Below are positions 27,301 through 35,347 of a stretch of DNA of 41,233 nucleotides, in pieces (position 1 is the stretch's first letter; every line of letters starts with the position of its first letter). The position numbers and the translations under genes were made by a program. Location: positions 1-41,233 of the forward strand of contig VGGT01000002.1 of NCBI GenBank assembly GCA_016868485.1. The letters are read 5' to 3'. The notes beneath the pieces are model-generated. The model did no database searches and was not told where the DNA came from. It saw only the letters and a list, made by a program, of their open reading frames with translations. The stretch comes from Bacteroidota bacterium. Lineage in GTDB: Bacteria > Bacteroidota > Bacteroidia > UBA7662.

Positions 27301-27966
27301 CCGCCGCAGGCGCGTTTTCTTTGGAGCACAGGCGATACCAGTCGACAAATTAGTTTTTTCGCCGGGCAGAGTCAGACGATTTGGGTTAGGGCCTTTGATC
27401 CACCCTGTTCGAGTTTAACAGATACCATTCAAATTACATTCGAGCCCCTCCAGGCCGCATTTGGATTTAGACCGGATACGGGTTATGCCCCGCAGACCGT
27501 TTCTTTCACCCAACTCAGTTCGGGGGCAGCGGTGAGGCGCTATCTGTGGACTTTCGGTGACGGAGGCACGAGCACCCTTCCAGCCCCCGTGTATACATAC
27601 ATGCGCCCGGGGCGATACACCATTGTCTTGCGGATCGACGGCGATGACCCATCCTGTTTCGATACCGCACAATCCGATATCTGGATCGATTCCGTTGGAA
27701 TACGCCTGCCAACAGCATTCACACCCGATGGGGATGGCGTCAATGATGTGTTTACTGGTTTTACTTATGGTTTTGAGACCTTAAGCATCTCAATTTTTGA
27801 TCGTTGGGGGCGTTTGGTGCACACCGATTCCTTACCTCGAGTCTATTGGGATGGCTCACAGCAGGGTATGCCACTGCCGGCTGGGTCTTATCCGTATATC
27901 ATACGTGCTGTACAAAAAAATGGTGTTCGCAGAACGTTGAAAGGGGTAGTCGATTTGATACGATGA
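24310..27966 (+). CDS. Large T9SS-secreted surface protein: DUF7948-like N-terminus, SBBP beta-propeller repeats, PKD domains and a type-B (CHU_C/gliding) C-terminal sorting domain
   Basis: Signal peptide MKNGVMSRLNCCFVFIILLNSFATAQ. Repeated ..YSTHLGG...D....V.D...R.YV.G.S.S.NYP motifs (SBBP). Two PKD signatures (FLWDFG...P.YSFPAPGTYRV and YLWTFGDGG...P.YTY..PGRYTI). C-terminal PTAFTPDGDGVNDVF........L.IFDRWG..V........WDG.......P.G.Y.Y. Confidence 0.85.
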   Translation: MKNGVMSRLNCCFVFIILLNSFATAQNNEGWMIPNGGQWPAQVLAHTDLPGMRIFVERDRLTWVHTDRNALAEAHAHPGAGVSLKAHAWQSIFVGSSFSGHPTFTDAGTHTVSYFLGNDSNRWAGGLTPTRGMILTDFYPGIDLIIQTKGGFKYEFRLQQGARIDQIQCRVEGVEWSLKERKRINYRSKIHSITEEAPRAWSISDTGHEQDVPMTLKRRASTWGFEVGHWPANSVLVLDPVLVGSTYTGSSADNWGFSATYASDGSIFLGGIVFDVGYPTSIGAYDISFNGGTDMVVSKYTPDATTLIYSTHLGGASGDTLLSLVSDAQNRLYVLGKSLSTNYPAFGFDPSHNGGMDYVVSRLNPTGTQLLSSTYLGGNGMDGENFGSAQMQNLNALWFNYGDNNRGEITLDPAGRVLIVGNTTSTNFPTSGLSAHQQAMAGVQDGVLVKLSANLDSLIYGTYLGGDQQDAIYGIRAMGVDTVYITGSTFSSNFPISLSMGGYIPQYQGGGDGFLMAIRTTGGPPIFGTFLGNSTYQQAYLLDRDAEGRVYVTGISTSALPITPSGIYNNPGGKHFIQVFSSDLDSLLRGTMIGANSAGPNFSPTAFMVDVCGKVYLTGWGGSVNTARNIHVSSMVGLPVTAQRLQANTDHHDMYVMVLESNLDSLLYGSFFGGGLSREHVDGGTCRFSRDGVIYHAVCAGCGGGNDDFPTTTGAWSATNNSLNCNAAVFKIDLQYVQPVAGFATQYPDTFVCMGIPVQFFSTGTLSGTFLWDFGVPGAQSTQPNPTYSFPAPGTYRVTQRISSCVGTDTVGRNIIVKPVPTLLMQQVPAVCLGDSATLTASGARVYEWDSLYSGGGNRSSSIRVAPPASRWYRVVASDSLGCPVTDSVWVRVNIPRRVFSGAIYRYCLGDTARISVPAAGYSSVQWISDPEITSTTAFNQKFASMQARWVYLELTDTAGCTIRDSLRLIPFISLSVDAGPNRTICSPTQLTFVAQAPPQARFLWSTGDTSRQISFFAGQSQTIWVRAFDPPCSSLTDTIQITFEPLQAAFGFRPDTGYAPQTVSFTQLSSGAAVRRYLWTFGDGGTSTLPAPVYTYMRPGRYTIVLRIDGDDPSCFDTAQSDIWIDSVGIRLPTAFTPDGDGVNDVFTGFTYGFETLSISIFDRWGRLVHTDSLPRVYWDGSQQGMPLPAGSYPYIIRAVQKNGVRRTLKGVVDLIR

Positions 27967-28003
27967 GTATTTAATCTCACCTACTAGATATCCCAAAAAT
28001 CCG

Positions 28004-28011
28004 TATCTTTG
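28004..28011 (+). promoter_or_regulatory. Candidate -7 box TATCTTTG upstream of tRNA-Lys
   Basis: Exact TAnnTTTG match 47 nt upstream of the tRNA 5' end. No clear -33 element. Confidence 0.3.
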
Positions 28012-28057
28012 CACCCGCGTCAAAAAAAATTCGGTTCTTGGGAAGAATCGGTTCAAT

Positions 28058-28133
28058 GATTCCGTAGCTCAGCAGGTAGAGCAATACACTTTTAATGTAT
28101 GGGTCCTGGGTTCGAATCCCAGCGGAATCACCA
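28058..28133 (+). tRNA. tRNA-Lys (anticodon UUU), CCA encoded
   Basis: Folded by hand. Acceptor stem GATTCCG/CGGAATC, D stem GCTC/GAGC, anticodon stem ATACA/TGTAT with loop CTTTTAA, variable loop GGGTC, T stem CTGGG/CCCAG with loop TTCGAAT, discriminator A, then CCA. Confidence 0.92.
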
Positions 28134-28250
28134 GATTTCTTTCAACCAAAGGGGCTCAAAGCAGCCAATTGGACTTAAAGTCTGCCTTTTCTGCATGGAG
28201 CGCGCGGGCAGTATGTTGTGGTCTAAGCAGCAAAAACGCAGGCAATAGGA

Positions 28251-30197
28251 TTACGAACTGGCTTCGTGCGTGTTTGAATCCGTTTCGATCATTTCATTGT
28301 CAAAACCAACATAAACACTCGTTCCCTGCCCCGGAGCGCTCTCGATGCGAACTTGATGATTTTTCATCCTCCTCAGCCTGTTGCGCAGACCTTTTAGACC
28401 TAGACCACCCCTCGTTTGAGTAATGTCAAATCCTACACCATTGTCGGTAACACACAATTGGATTCGCCCATCATGATCAGTCAATTCAACATAAACAGAG
28501 GTTGCTGCCGAATGCTTAACAATGTTGGAAAGACATTCCTGACAAATTCTGTAGAGATCAAGGGCGGTCGAAGGAATAAGTTGTACATGTTCAATTTCGT
28601 AATCCAGATGAAAAGCACAAGTGGGGCGTGATATGTTGAAAAACCGCAACAACCGAGTAAGTTCATCTTTAAGTTTCGGGGCATCCATAGGGTGTGGATC
28701 CATTTGATAGGATAATGCACGGACTTCATTCAAGCCCTGGTCAAGAGAGATTAGACCCCGTCGATAACCTTCCCAATCCTTCGGTTGCCATTCTGATTGA
28801 TCCGCTTTTTTCATCGGCATCATCATGCGGGCATTCATGAGAAGTGCTGCGAGATGATCGTGAAGCTCTTGGCCAAGCCGTCTTCGTTCTGCCTCTTGTC
28901 CCATGACAAACGATTTGTCAATGTCATTTTGCTTTCGCATGAGTAAATCCGACAATTGCTCTCGACGTTTTCTTTGCAAATAGAGTTCATAAAAAGATTC
29001 CCAAGTGATGATCCCCAATGCGATGAGCGCGCCCGGGAATACCGAAAATCCGAATAGATCAAGAACACTGAGCCAAGACCGAGAACCGTATGCCTCCAAG
29101 AAGCCTCCAACAATGAGACTGAGGGTAGCCGCAAAAAGGGCCATCGATCGGTGTTTGGCCAGTGGATAAGCGAAAATACAACCCCACAACAGGAGAAAGA
29201 GTCCAGGCAGTTGCAGGATCATCATCGCTGGGATAATGCTGTGGCGCCATTCCTTGAGATATGGCCAAAAAACCGCATAAAGTGGGATGCTCACAGCCAC
29301 CCCGATGCTCACTCCATTCAACCACCGATCAAGCAAGGGCACAGATCGCTGGGTACGCAAAAACGCCATGCCAAAGCGTATGTACAGTACATACAAGATG
29401 GCCACCAAAACCCAGGCTACATGATTGGCGGTGCCACCACGCGACAGCCAGCCAAATTCGCGCGCATGGCCGGATTTCACCAGTGCAAGCAAGCCTAATG
29501 TAAAGGCGAGCATTGAGGGCCATAAATAAAGAGGCCTCCCTTCAGTGACCGCCAATAACAGTGCCAACAACCCCAGGCACAAAAGCAAGCCCAATTTCAA
29601 AGACCACAGTGTACTTTCTTTGAGGCGAAATTCAGCATAGGCGCTTGTTGATGCCACAAATATTGGGGAATTCATCCGCGTACTCAGGGTGTTTCTTACC
29701 CGAATCAACAGCATGATCCGGGCTTTAGGTTTCACCAACAGCGGTAACGAAGGTAAGCGATCCGGATGAGACCAACGTGGAAGATCCACCATAGATCCGG
29801 CGATACCGGCCTCATAAATTCCCAAACCATCATCCCTGAAAAACGCCACCGAATCGAGGAAAGGATTATTCAAGAAAACCGTTATATTCTGCTGAAAATC
29901 AGTCGGATTGTGTAGATCGACCCGAGCCCAATAGGCCGATTGAGAGATGATGATCTGATCTTGTTCTACGCGCATCATCTTCTCGGCCAAGCTCGGTGCA
30001 GAGAATAACTTTGCCATCTCTTCAGGTTCCAGACTCAGCGTGGGCTCTGTATAAAAGGGGATGTGTTGTAGATGCTTTGGTTTGCCAAATTCAATCGGAA
30101 GATTAAGAATCGGGACTGCGCAAACCGGAAGAGAGGTGGCCCAAATCCACAGGATCCAAAAGGAAAGAAACCTGCGATGTATGCTGCTGTTGTTCAC
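28251..30197 (-). CDS. Sensor histidine kinase, 7TMR-DISM type (extracellular DISMED2-like domain, 7 TM, HisKA_3, HATPase_c)
   Basis: Signal/TM segment, then a ~170-aa extracytoplasmic domain, then seven hydrophobic segments. H-box ELHDHLAALL, N/G boxes ...CLSNIVKHS... and DNGVGFD...GGLGLKGLRNR. Confidence 0.85.
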   Translation of the reverse strand: MNNSSIHRRFLSFWILWIWATSLPVCAVPILNLPIEFGKPKHLQHIPFYTEPTLSLEPEEMAKLFSAPSLAEKMMRVEQDQIIISQSAYWARVDLHNPTDFQQNITVFLNNPFLDSVAFFRDDGLGIYEAGIAGSMVDLPRWSHPDRLPSLPLLVKPKARIMLLIRVRNTLSTRMNSPIFVASTSAYAEFRLKESTLWSLKLGLLLCLGLLALLLAVTEGRPLYLWPSMLAFTLGLLALVKSGHAREFGWLSRGGTANHVAWVLVAILYVLYIRFGMAFLRTQRSVPLLDRWLNGVSIGVAVSIPLYAVFWPYLKEWRHSIIPAMMILQLPGLFLLLWGCIFAYPLAKHRSMALFAATLSLIVGGFLEAYGSRSWLSVLDLFGFSVFPGALIALGIITWESFYELYLQRKRREQLSDLLMRKQNDIDKSFVMGQEAERRRLGQELHDHLAALLMNARMMMPMKKADQSEWQPKDWEGYRRGLISLDQGLNEVRALSYQMDPHPMDAPKLKDELTRLLRFFNISRPTCAFHLDYEIEHVQLIPSTALDLYRICQECLSNIVKHSAATSVYVELTDHDGRIQLCVTDNGVGFDITQTRGGLGLKGLRNRLRRMKNHQVRIESAPGQGTSVYVGFDNEMIETDSNTHEASS

Positions 30198-30225
30198 AAT
30201 AAGGGCGACTTTGGTCGTTCGGAAA

Positions 30226-30879
30226 TTAGGGCAGTAAATGGTGTTTTATAGCGTATGATACCAAAGCAGCACTACTGTGAAGGCCGGCTTTTTCCAAAAT
30301 ATTTCGGCGGTGCGTCGATATCGTTTCCACACTTAATCCCAATTTGGATGCGATTTCTTTTGAGCTTAAGTCTTGGGCAACCAAACCGAGCACCTCACGC
30401 TCGCGGCGGGTGAAATTGGGGAGATCTAGGGTTCGCTCCGCATTAGGTTCCTCTGGCCAATGCATCCCACCCTGAACGAGCCGCCAAACAACTTCTTCCA
30501 GATGCTTTTGGTCGCCTTTTTTCATAAAAAAACCGTTCGCGCCTTTCACATAGGCATCGCGCAGCAAGTGCATGCTGTCGTACATGGTCATGATCAGTAC
30601 TTTTTGAAGCGGATTTTTTTCCTTGATCCGTTCAAGAAGTTCAAGCCCCCCCATCGGACTCATTCGAATATCGGTGATGATCAGCTCGAAATCCGACCCT
30701 GATTCCAAAGCGAAGAGCAAATCCTCACCCGTACAAAATGAATCTACCTGTTCAACAAACGAAAACTGGCCGATGATCCACTGCAATCCATCGAGTAGGA
30801 TTTGATGATCGTCGACCAAGGCTATTTTGTATTGGGTGTCCGTTGATTGAATTTCGGGAACTTGCTTGAGGTCAACCAT
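30226..30879 (-). CDS. NarL/LuxR-family response regulator (REC + HTH)
   Basis: ORF 30226..31002 trimmed to ATG 30879, because the longer form overlaps pdxH. REC domain: IALVDDHQILLDGL, DIRMSPMGGLEL, the conserved Lys in ...GFFMKKG. LuxR HTH: FTRREREVL.LVAQ.LS.KEIA.KL.LS..T...HR.NI..K. Confidence 0.87.
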   Translation of the reverse strand: MVDLKQVPEIQSTDTQYKIALVDDHQILLDGLQWIIGQFSFVEQVDSFCTGEDLLFALESGSDFELIITDIRMSPMGGLELLERIKEKNPLQKVLIMTMYDSMHLLRDAYVKGANGFFMKKGDQKHLEEVVWRLVQGGMHWPEEPNAERTLDLPNFTRREREVLGLVAQDLSSKEIASKLGLSVETISTHRRNILEKAGLHSSAALVSYAIKHHLLP

Positions 30880-30904
30880 ATTAAAAAATGGATAAAGTGT
30901 AGTA

Positions 30905-31567
30905 TTAAGGAGAAAGTCGGACGATGGTCCATGCTCCGGCTTCGTCGATGGAATATTTAATCCGGTCATGCAGGCGAGAACGGCGACCCTGCCAAAACTC
31001 AAACGTGATGGGTTTAAGGCGATAACCCCCCCAATGGGGCGGGCGGGGTATGGTCATGGGATCGGCAAATTGAGCGCTAACGGCCTCCATAGCTTTTTCT
31101 AATGCCGCGCGATTCGGTAAGGGCTGGCTCTGCGCACTTGCCCAAGCGCCCAATCGACTTCCCACAGGACGAGATTGGAAATAAGCGTCGCTTTCCGTTT
31201 CGTCTACGCGAGCAACTTGCCCTGTAATCCTGATCTGCCGCTCATTTTCTGGCCAAAAAAAAGTGGCCGCTGCCCGGGGGTTTGCTTCTAATTGCTGGCC
31301 TTTGTCGCTGTTATAATTGGTGTAGAAGGTGAGGCCGTGCTCGTCGCAGCCCTTGAGCAATACGATTCTTCCCGCTGGCATTCCATCCCCATCAACCGTA
31401 GCGAGATGCATAGCGTTTGGTTCAGGTTGACCGCTGTTCATGGCCTCCCCAATCCACTGTTCAAAGAGCGGGAATGGATACTGAGGTACATTCGATTCAA
31501 GAAGAATGTCGCGTTCATATTCCATCCGCAGTTGATTGAGCGGTTGCACCTCTTGGTCGTTTTTCAT
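30905..31567 (-). CDS. pdxH: Pyridoxamine/pyridoxine 5'-phosphate oxidase
   Basis: 220 aa. Motifs: RIVLLKG.DE.G..FYTNY.S.KG..L..NP.AA..FFW....RQ.RI.G, SRP..S..GAWAS.QS, WGGYR..P...EFWQGR.SRLHDR. Confidence 0.92.
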   Translation of the reverse strand: MKNDQEVQPLNQLRMEYERDILLESNVPQYPFPLFEQWIGEAMNSGQPEPNAMHLATVDGDGMPAGRIVLLKGCDEHGLTFYTNYNSDKGQQLEANPRAAATFFWPENERQIRITGQVARVDETESDAYFQSRPVGSRLGAWASAQSQPLPNRAALEKAMEAVSAQFADPMTIPRPPHWGGYRLKPITFEFWQGRRSRLHDRIKYSIDEAGAWTIVRLSP

Positions 31568-31588
31568 ATCGATTACAAACTATTACGC

Positions 31589-31596
31589 CAAATATA
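31589..31596 (-). promoter_or_regulatory. Candidate -7 box TATATTTG (minus strand) for pdxH and possibly the downstream regulator/kinase genes
   Basis: Exact TAnnTTTG match 22 nt upstream of ATG 31567. Confidence 0.35.
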
Positions 31597-31619
31597 ACGT
31601 TATTTTCGCCACTTGATTT

Positions 31620-32210
31620 ATGTCATCCCAACAAAACCCAAAACAATCCTTCGGCCTCGATCAGCCATTGGTTGCGGGTACGCTGCTCGCAGCCTGTCCC
31701 TTTCTTTCCGATGCCCCATTTTATCGGAGGTTACTCTTGTTGGCCGAGCATGGACCTTCAGGTAGCGTGGCTTTTGTTTTGAATGAGTACAGTGGACACA
31801 GATTGGGTGCACTTTTACCTGGCTTTGCTGGGTGGGATGCGCCCGTTTGGACCGGTGGACCTGTTGAAACGGACACCCTGCACATTGTTCAGGTTCAATC
31901 TCCGGGATTGGCCGACAGCATAGAATTGCTTCCCGGTATTTGGTGGAATGCACATCCAGCACAGGCCATGAAATTGGCTTCTGAAGGGTTGTTAGACCAA
32001 AACAAATGGTATTTTTTTCTGGGTTATGCGGGTTGGTCGGCCCGGCAGCTTGAACAAGAGTACGAAGAACATTACTGGATTTCCGGTCCTTATCATCCGG
32101 ATTTTATGCCCAAGGAGGGATCCATTGCTCCATGGTCTCAATTTTTATGTAATCTAGGCGAGCCCTATTCTTGGCTCAGCCGTGCACCCCGTCATCCCAG
32201 CCTCAACTGA
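31620..32210 (+). CDS. YqgE/AlgH family protein (UPF0301)
   Basis: 196 aa. Motifs: F.R.V.LL.EH...GS...VLN and the family-typical FFLGYAGWSA.QLE.E. Confidence 0.8.
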   Translation: MSSQQNPKQSFGLDQPLVAGTLLAACPFLSDAPFYRRLLLLAEHGPSGSVAFVLNEYSGHRLGALLPGFAGWDAPVWTGGPVETDTLHIVQVQSPGLADSIELLPGIWWNAHPAQAMKLASEGLLDQNKWYFFLGYAGWSARQLEQEYEEHYWISGPYHPDFMPKEGSIAPWSQFLCNLGEPYSWLSRAPRHPSLN

Positions 32211-33265
32211 TGCAAACCAGCGCTGCATTCAAGTGGTTTTTTTCGCTTCACCAACCGCTTCCGAAGAAAAAGGTATTGCATATCATCAGTGGGTTTATTT
32301 TGCTCTCAGCCTGTTCAACAAGTCCGGATCCTGATGACCCACTGCACGATTTTTCGGGCAAAACAATGGGCACCACATACTCAGTTCGTTATTCAGGCGA
32401 TTCGGTGGCGCGGCTTCAGTTAAGCATCGATAGCCTGCTGAGGCGGGTCAATGAATCACTTTCTACCTACATTTCCAGCTCTCGGATCTCAGTGCTTAAT
32501 CAAAGTCAAAATGGAAGTCCAATAGATGTCCATTTGCGGGTTAATTTTCTCAAATCATTAGAGATCAATGAGCAAAGTGGGGGTGCATTTGACCCTTCGG
32601 TCGGCCCCCTAACTGAGGCCTGGGGTTTTGGTTACAGCCAAAAAACAGAACTACCCGATTCATCCACCGTCGATTCGATTCGAGCCTTCGTTGGATTAAA
32701 AAACTTCCGATTAATTGGTGATAGCCTGATAAAACTTCATCCCAAGGCACGACTCGATATGAGCGCCATGGCAAAAGGCTATGGAGTAGACCAAGTGGCC
32801 ACCTATTTGTTATCGAGGCAAATTCAGAATTTTATCGTTGAAATCGGCGGTGAGGTGAGGGCGCATGGCCGTAAAAGCAAGGCCAAGTCATGGATGGTGG
32901 GCATCGAAAAGCCGCAGTCAGGTGCAGGGAGGATCGTTCAGCGCGCCCTCCCCATCAACAACCGGAGTATGGCTACCTCAGGAAATTACCGGAATTTTAA
33001 AGAGATCGGTGGTCGAAAAATTGTACACACATTAAGCCCTCAAACGGGTTACCCCATCGAGAATGACCTGCTGAGTGCCACTGTTTTGGCCGAAGATTGC
33101 ATGACCGCCGACGCTTGGGCAACCGCTTTCATGGTGATGGGTTTCGAAAGGGCCCGACAGAAATGCGGTGAACTAAAAGGCATTGATGTAGTGTTTATAT
33201 ATTCCGATTCCAATAATGAGATACATGAATATTCTAGCCCAGGCATTGGCAGCGATAATCAGTGA
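32210..33265 (+). CDS. apbE: FAD:protein FMN transferase (ApbE family) lipoprotein
   Basis: Start ATG 32210 overlaps the yqgE stop (TGATG). Lipobox ILLSAC. Motifs: MGT.Y.V, FDP.VGPL...WGFG, D.S..AKGY.VD, SGNYRNF.......HT..P.TG.P, ADAWATA. Confidence 0.85.
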   Translation: MQTSAAFKWFFSLHQPLPKKKVLHIISGFILLSACSTSPDPDDPLHDFSGKTMGTTYSVRYSGDSVARLQLSIDSLLRRVNESLSTYISSSRISVLNQSQNGSPIDVHLRVNFLKSLEINEQSGGAFDPSVGPLTEAWGFGYSQKTELPDSSTVDSIRAFVGLKNFRLIGDSLIKLHPKARLDMSAMAKGYGVDQVATYLLSRQIQNFIVEIGGEVRAHGRKSKAKSWMVGIEKPQSGAGRIVQRALPINNRSMATSGNYRNFKEIGGRKIVHTLSPQTGYPIENDLLSATVLAEDCMTADAWATAFMVMGFERARQKCGELKGIDVVFIYSDSNNEIHEYSSPGIGSDNQ

Positions 33266-34544
33266 TCGGTCACGCCACCGCTTTCTGTTTCGCTTAACTG
33301 CCCTGATGATGCTTATTTCCATACCCAACAAGCTTTTGGGGGCACGCATACTCATCCCCATGGATGGCCAACAACGCGACCACCTCAAGGCCTATGGCAT
33401 CGCCTATTTATCCCTGAAGAATGGACAAGAAATCAGTTGGTTACTCAACTACCGGGGTGGTAGTTTTTGCTTGTCCCAAACCCCGATGCTTGAAACCGAA
33501 TGCCGGGTTAGGGGGGTGAGCTACGAAGTAATCCCTGAGGCGACATACGGACGGATTCTGTCGGAGATTGCAGATCCAGAAACCAATATGGAGGTGGTAA
33601 AATTAGAAGTTGCCCCCAAAATCGCGGTATACACACCACCGAATAAATTGCCTTGGGACGATGCCGTAACGATGGCCCTCGTTTACGCCGAAATACCATA
33701 CGAAAAGGTTTATGATGATGAAGTTTTGCAAGGAAAACTACCGCTTTATGATTGGCTGCACCTTCACCATGAGGATTTTACGGGTCAGTATGGTCGGTTC
33801 TATGCATCTTTTCGAAATGCCGAGTGGTATCAAAACGAAGTTCGTCTGGCTGAGGCAACGGCCCGCAAACACGGTTTCGATAAAGTTTCACAGCTTAAAG
33901 GGGCGGTTGCGGCCCGAATTCGCGACTTCGTGACCGGGGGCGGCTTTCTCTTTGCCATGTGTTCAGCCACTGATTCATACGACATTGCACTGGCAGCAGA
34001 AGGTGTCGATATTTGTGAGCATATGTATGATGGTGATGCCATTGATCCGTCAGCGCAACAGAAATTGGATTTTGCACGAACCTTCGCTTTCAAAGATTTT
34101 CAACTCAAGAAAAATCCATTGGAGTATGAATTTTCAGATATTGATGTGACCGGTACGCGCGGTTTTCTTCAGGAGCAAAATGACTTCTTCGCATTGTTCG
34201 AATTTTCTGCCAAATGGGATGTTATTCCCACCATGCTTACCCAAAGTCATGAACGCGTCATCAAGGGATTTATGGGACAAACCACAGCTTTTCGTAAAGA
34301 GCTTATAAAAAGCGATGTGTTGGTTATGGGTGAAACCAGTAGCTTAGGCGAGGCTCGGTACATTCACGGATCGTATGGCAAGGGTACGTGGACATTCTTT
34401 GGTGGCCACGACCCTGAAGACTATCAACACCTCGTGGGTGAACCCCCAACCGATTTGAGTCTTCATCCCAATTCAGCCGGCTATCGTTTGATATTAAACA
34501 ACATCTTGTTTCCTGCAGCACGCAAAAAGAAACAGAAAACCTAA
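33216..34544 (+). CDS. Conserved Bacteroidota protein of unknown function (homologues are, as far as I recall, often labelled asparagine synthetase B without support); possible class-I glutamine amidotransferase-like fold
   Basis: 442 aa. A signal-peptide-like segment (...LTALMMLISIPNKLLGA) precedes RILIPMDG.QRDHLKAYGIAY. A nucleophile-elbow-like motif GGGFLFAMCSATDSYD is present. Start is uncertain (ATG 33216, 33225 or 33306); the first two overlap the apbE 3' end by 41-50 nt. Confidence 0.6.
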   Translation: MRYMNILAQALAAIISDRSRHRFLFRLTALMMLISIPNKLLGARILIPMDGQQRDHLKAYGIAYLSLKNGQEISWLLNYRGGSFCLSQTPMLETECRVRGVSYEVIPEATYGRILSEIADPETNMEVVKLEVAPKIAVYTPPNKLPWDDAVTMALVYAEIPYEKVYDDEVLQGKLPLYDWLHLHHEDFTGQYGRFYASFRNAEWYQNEVRLAEATARKHGFDKVSQLKGAVAARIRDFVTGGGFLFAMCSATDSYDIALAAEGVDICEHMYDGDAIDPSAQQKLDFARTFAFKDFQLKKNPLEYEFSDIDVTGTRGFLQEQNDFFALFEFSAKWDVIPTMLTQSHERVIKGFMGQTTAFRKELIKSDVLVMGETSSLGEARYIHGSYGKGTWTFFGGHDPEDYQHLVGEPPTDLSLHPNSAGYRLILNNILFPAARKKKQKT

Positions 34545-34556
34545 AGAGTGCCTTTC

Positions 34557-34581
34557 GCTGATTTCAAGCATCAGCATTTTT
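34557..34581 (+). terminator. Candidate rho-independent terminator after the 442-aa gene
   Basis: Stem GCTGAT / ATCAGC with a 7-nt loop, followed by ATTTTT. Overlaps the stop codon of the convergent pcm gene. Confidence 0.45.
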
Positions 34582-35239
34582 CGCGCCAGCCCTCCTGGCC
34601 GAGTAGGGGAACGAAACGAAAATTCTCAAAAGTCTCGTGCGCAAGCTCAGATGCTGAAATGCGCGTAATGCGCATCATTTTTTGACTGGACTCATCGCCA
34701 ACGGGAATCACCATCAATCCCCCGATTTTGAGTTGATTGACCAATGTTTGTGGGACTAATGGCGCCCCAGCGGTCACGATAATTCGGTCAAAAGGAGCAA
34801 ATGCCGGTAAACCGAGGGTTCCGTCCCCAAAAAAGACCTTGATTTTTCGTCCCATGTGCAGAAGTCGTTCGCGCGTTGTCTGATACAATAAGCGTTGACG
34901 CTCAACACTAAAAACCCGTGCCCCCATTTCCTCCAATACGCAGGCTTGATAGCCAGATCCCGTGCCGATTTCCAATACTTTCATGCGTTCCTCCACACCC
35001 AATAATTCCGTTTGAAAAGCAACGGTGTAGGGCTGAGAAATGGTTTGGCCTGCACCTATGGGCATGGCCTGGTCTGTATAGGCCAATTCAGTGAAAACAT
35101 TGTCGAGAAAGAAATGACGGGGCACACGACCCAAGGCGGCTAAAACACGCAGGTCTCCGATTCCTTTCTTCTTGACTTCCTCAACCAATTGTTGACGAAG
35201 TCCTTGGTGGCGAAAACTATCTGAAAGGACGGTCGACAT
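34571..35239 (-). CDS. pcm: Protein-L-isoaspartate O-methyltransferase
   Basis: ORF trimmed to ATG 35239 (MSTVLSDSFRHQGLR...). Motifs: VPRH.F, Y.D....IG..QTISQP, the SAM motif VLEIGTGSGYQA, and APFD.I.VTA. Confidence 0.9.
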   Translation of the reverse strand: MSTVLSDSFRHQGLRQQLVEEVKKKGIGDLRVLAALGRVPRHFFLDNVFTELAYTDQAMPIGAGQTISQPYTVAFQTELLGVEERMKVLEIGTGSGYQACVLEEMGARVFSVERQRLLYQTTRERLLHMGRKIKVFFGDGTLGLPAFAPFDRIIVTAGAPLVPQTLVNQLKIGGLMVIPVGDESSQKMMRITRISASELAHETFENFRFVPLLGQEGWREKC

Positions 35240-35258
35240 GCTGCGAAGAATCAAGAGG

Positions 35259-35266
35259 CAAAAATA
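35259..35266 (-). promoter_or_regulatory. Candidate -7 box TATTTTTG (minus strand) for pcm
   Basis: Exact TAnnTTTG match 20 nt upstream of ATG 35239. It lies inside the longer ORF-track version of the gene, which supports the shorter start. Confidence 0.35.
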
Positions 35267-35347
35267 ACCCATAGCGGCTTCGATAATCCGCGGCAGTCGG
35301 ATAAATTACAAGCATTTAGCCCTATTTTCGCGTTTCTTAATTTCAAT

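Noticed and set aside
28058-30879. A tRNA-Lys-adjacent two-component system as a possible integrated genomic island.
   Set aside because: There is no integrase or recombinase, no direct repeat of the tRNA 3' end noticed downstream, and no mobility genes. Flanking genes are ordinary core functions.
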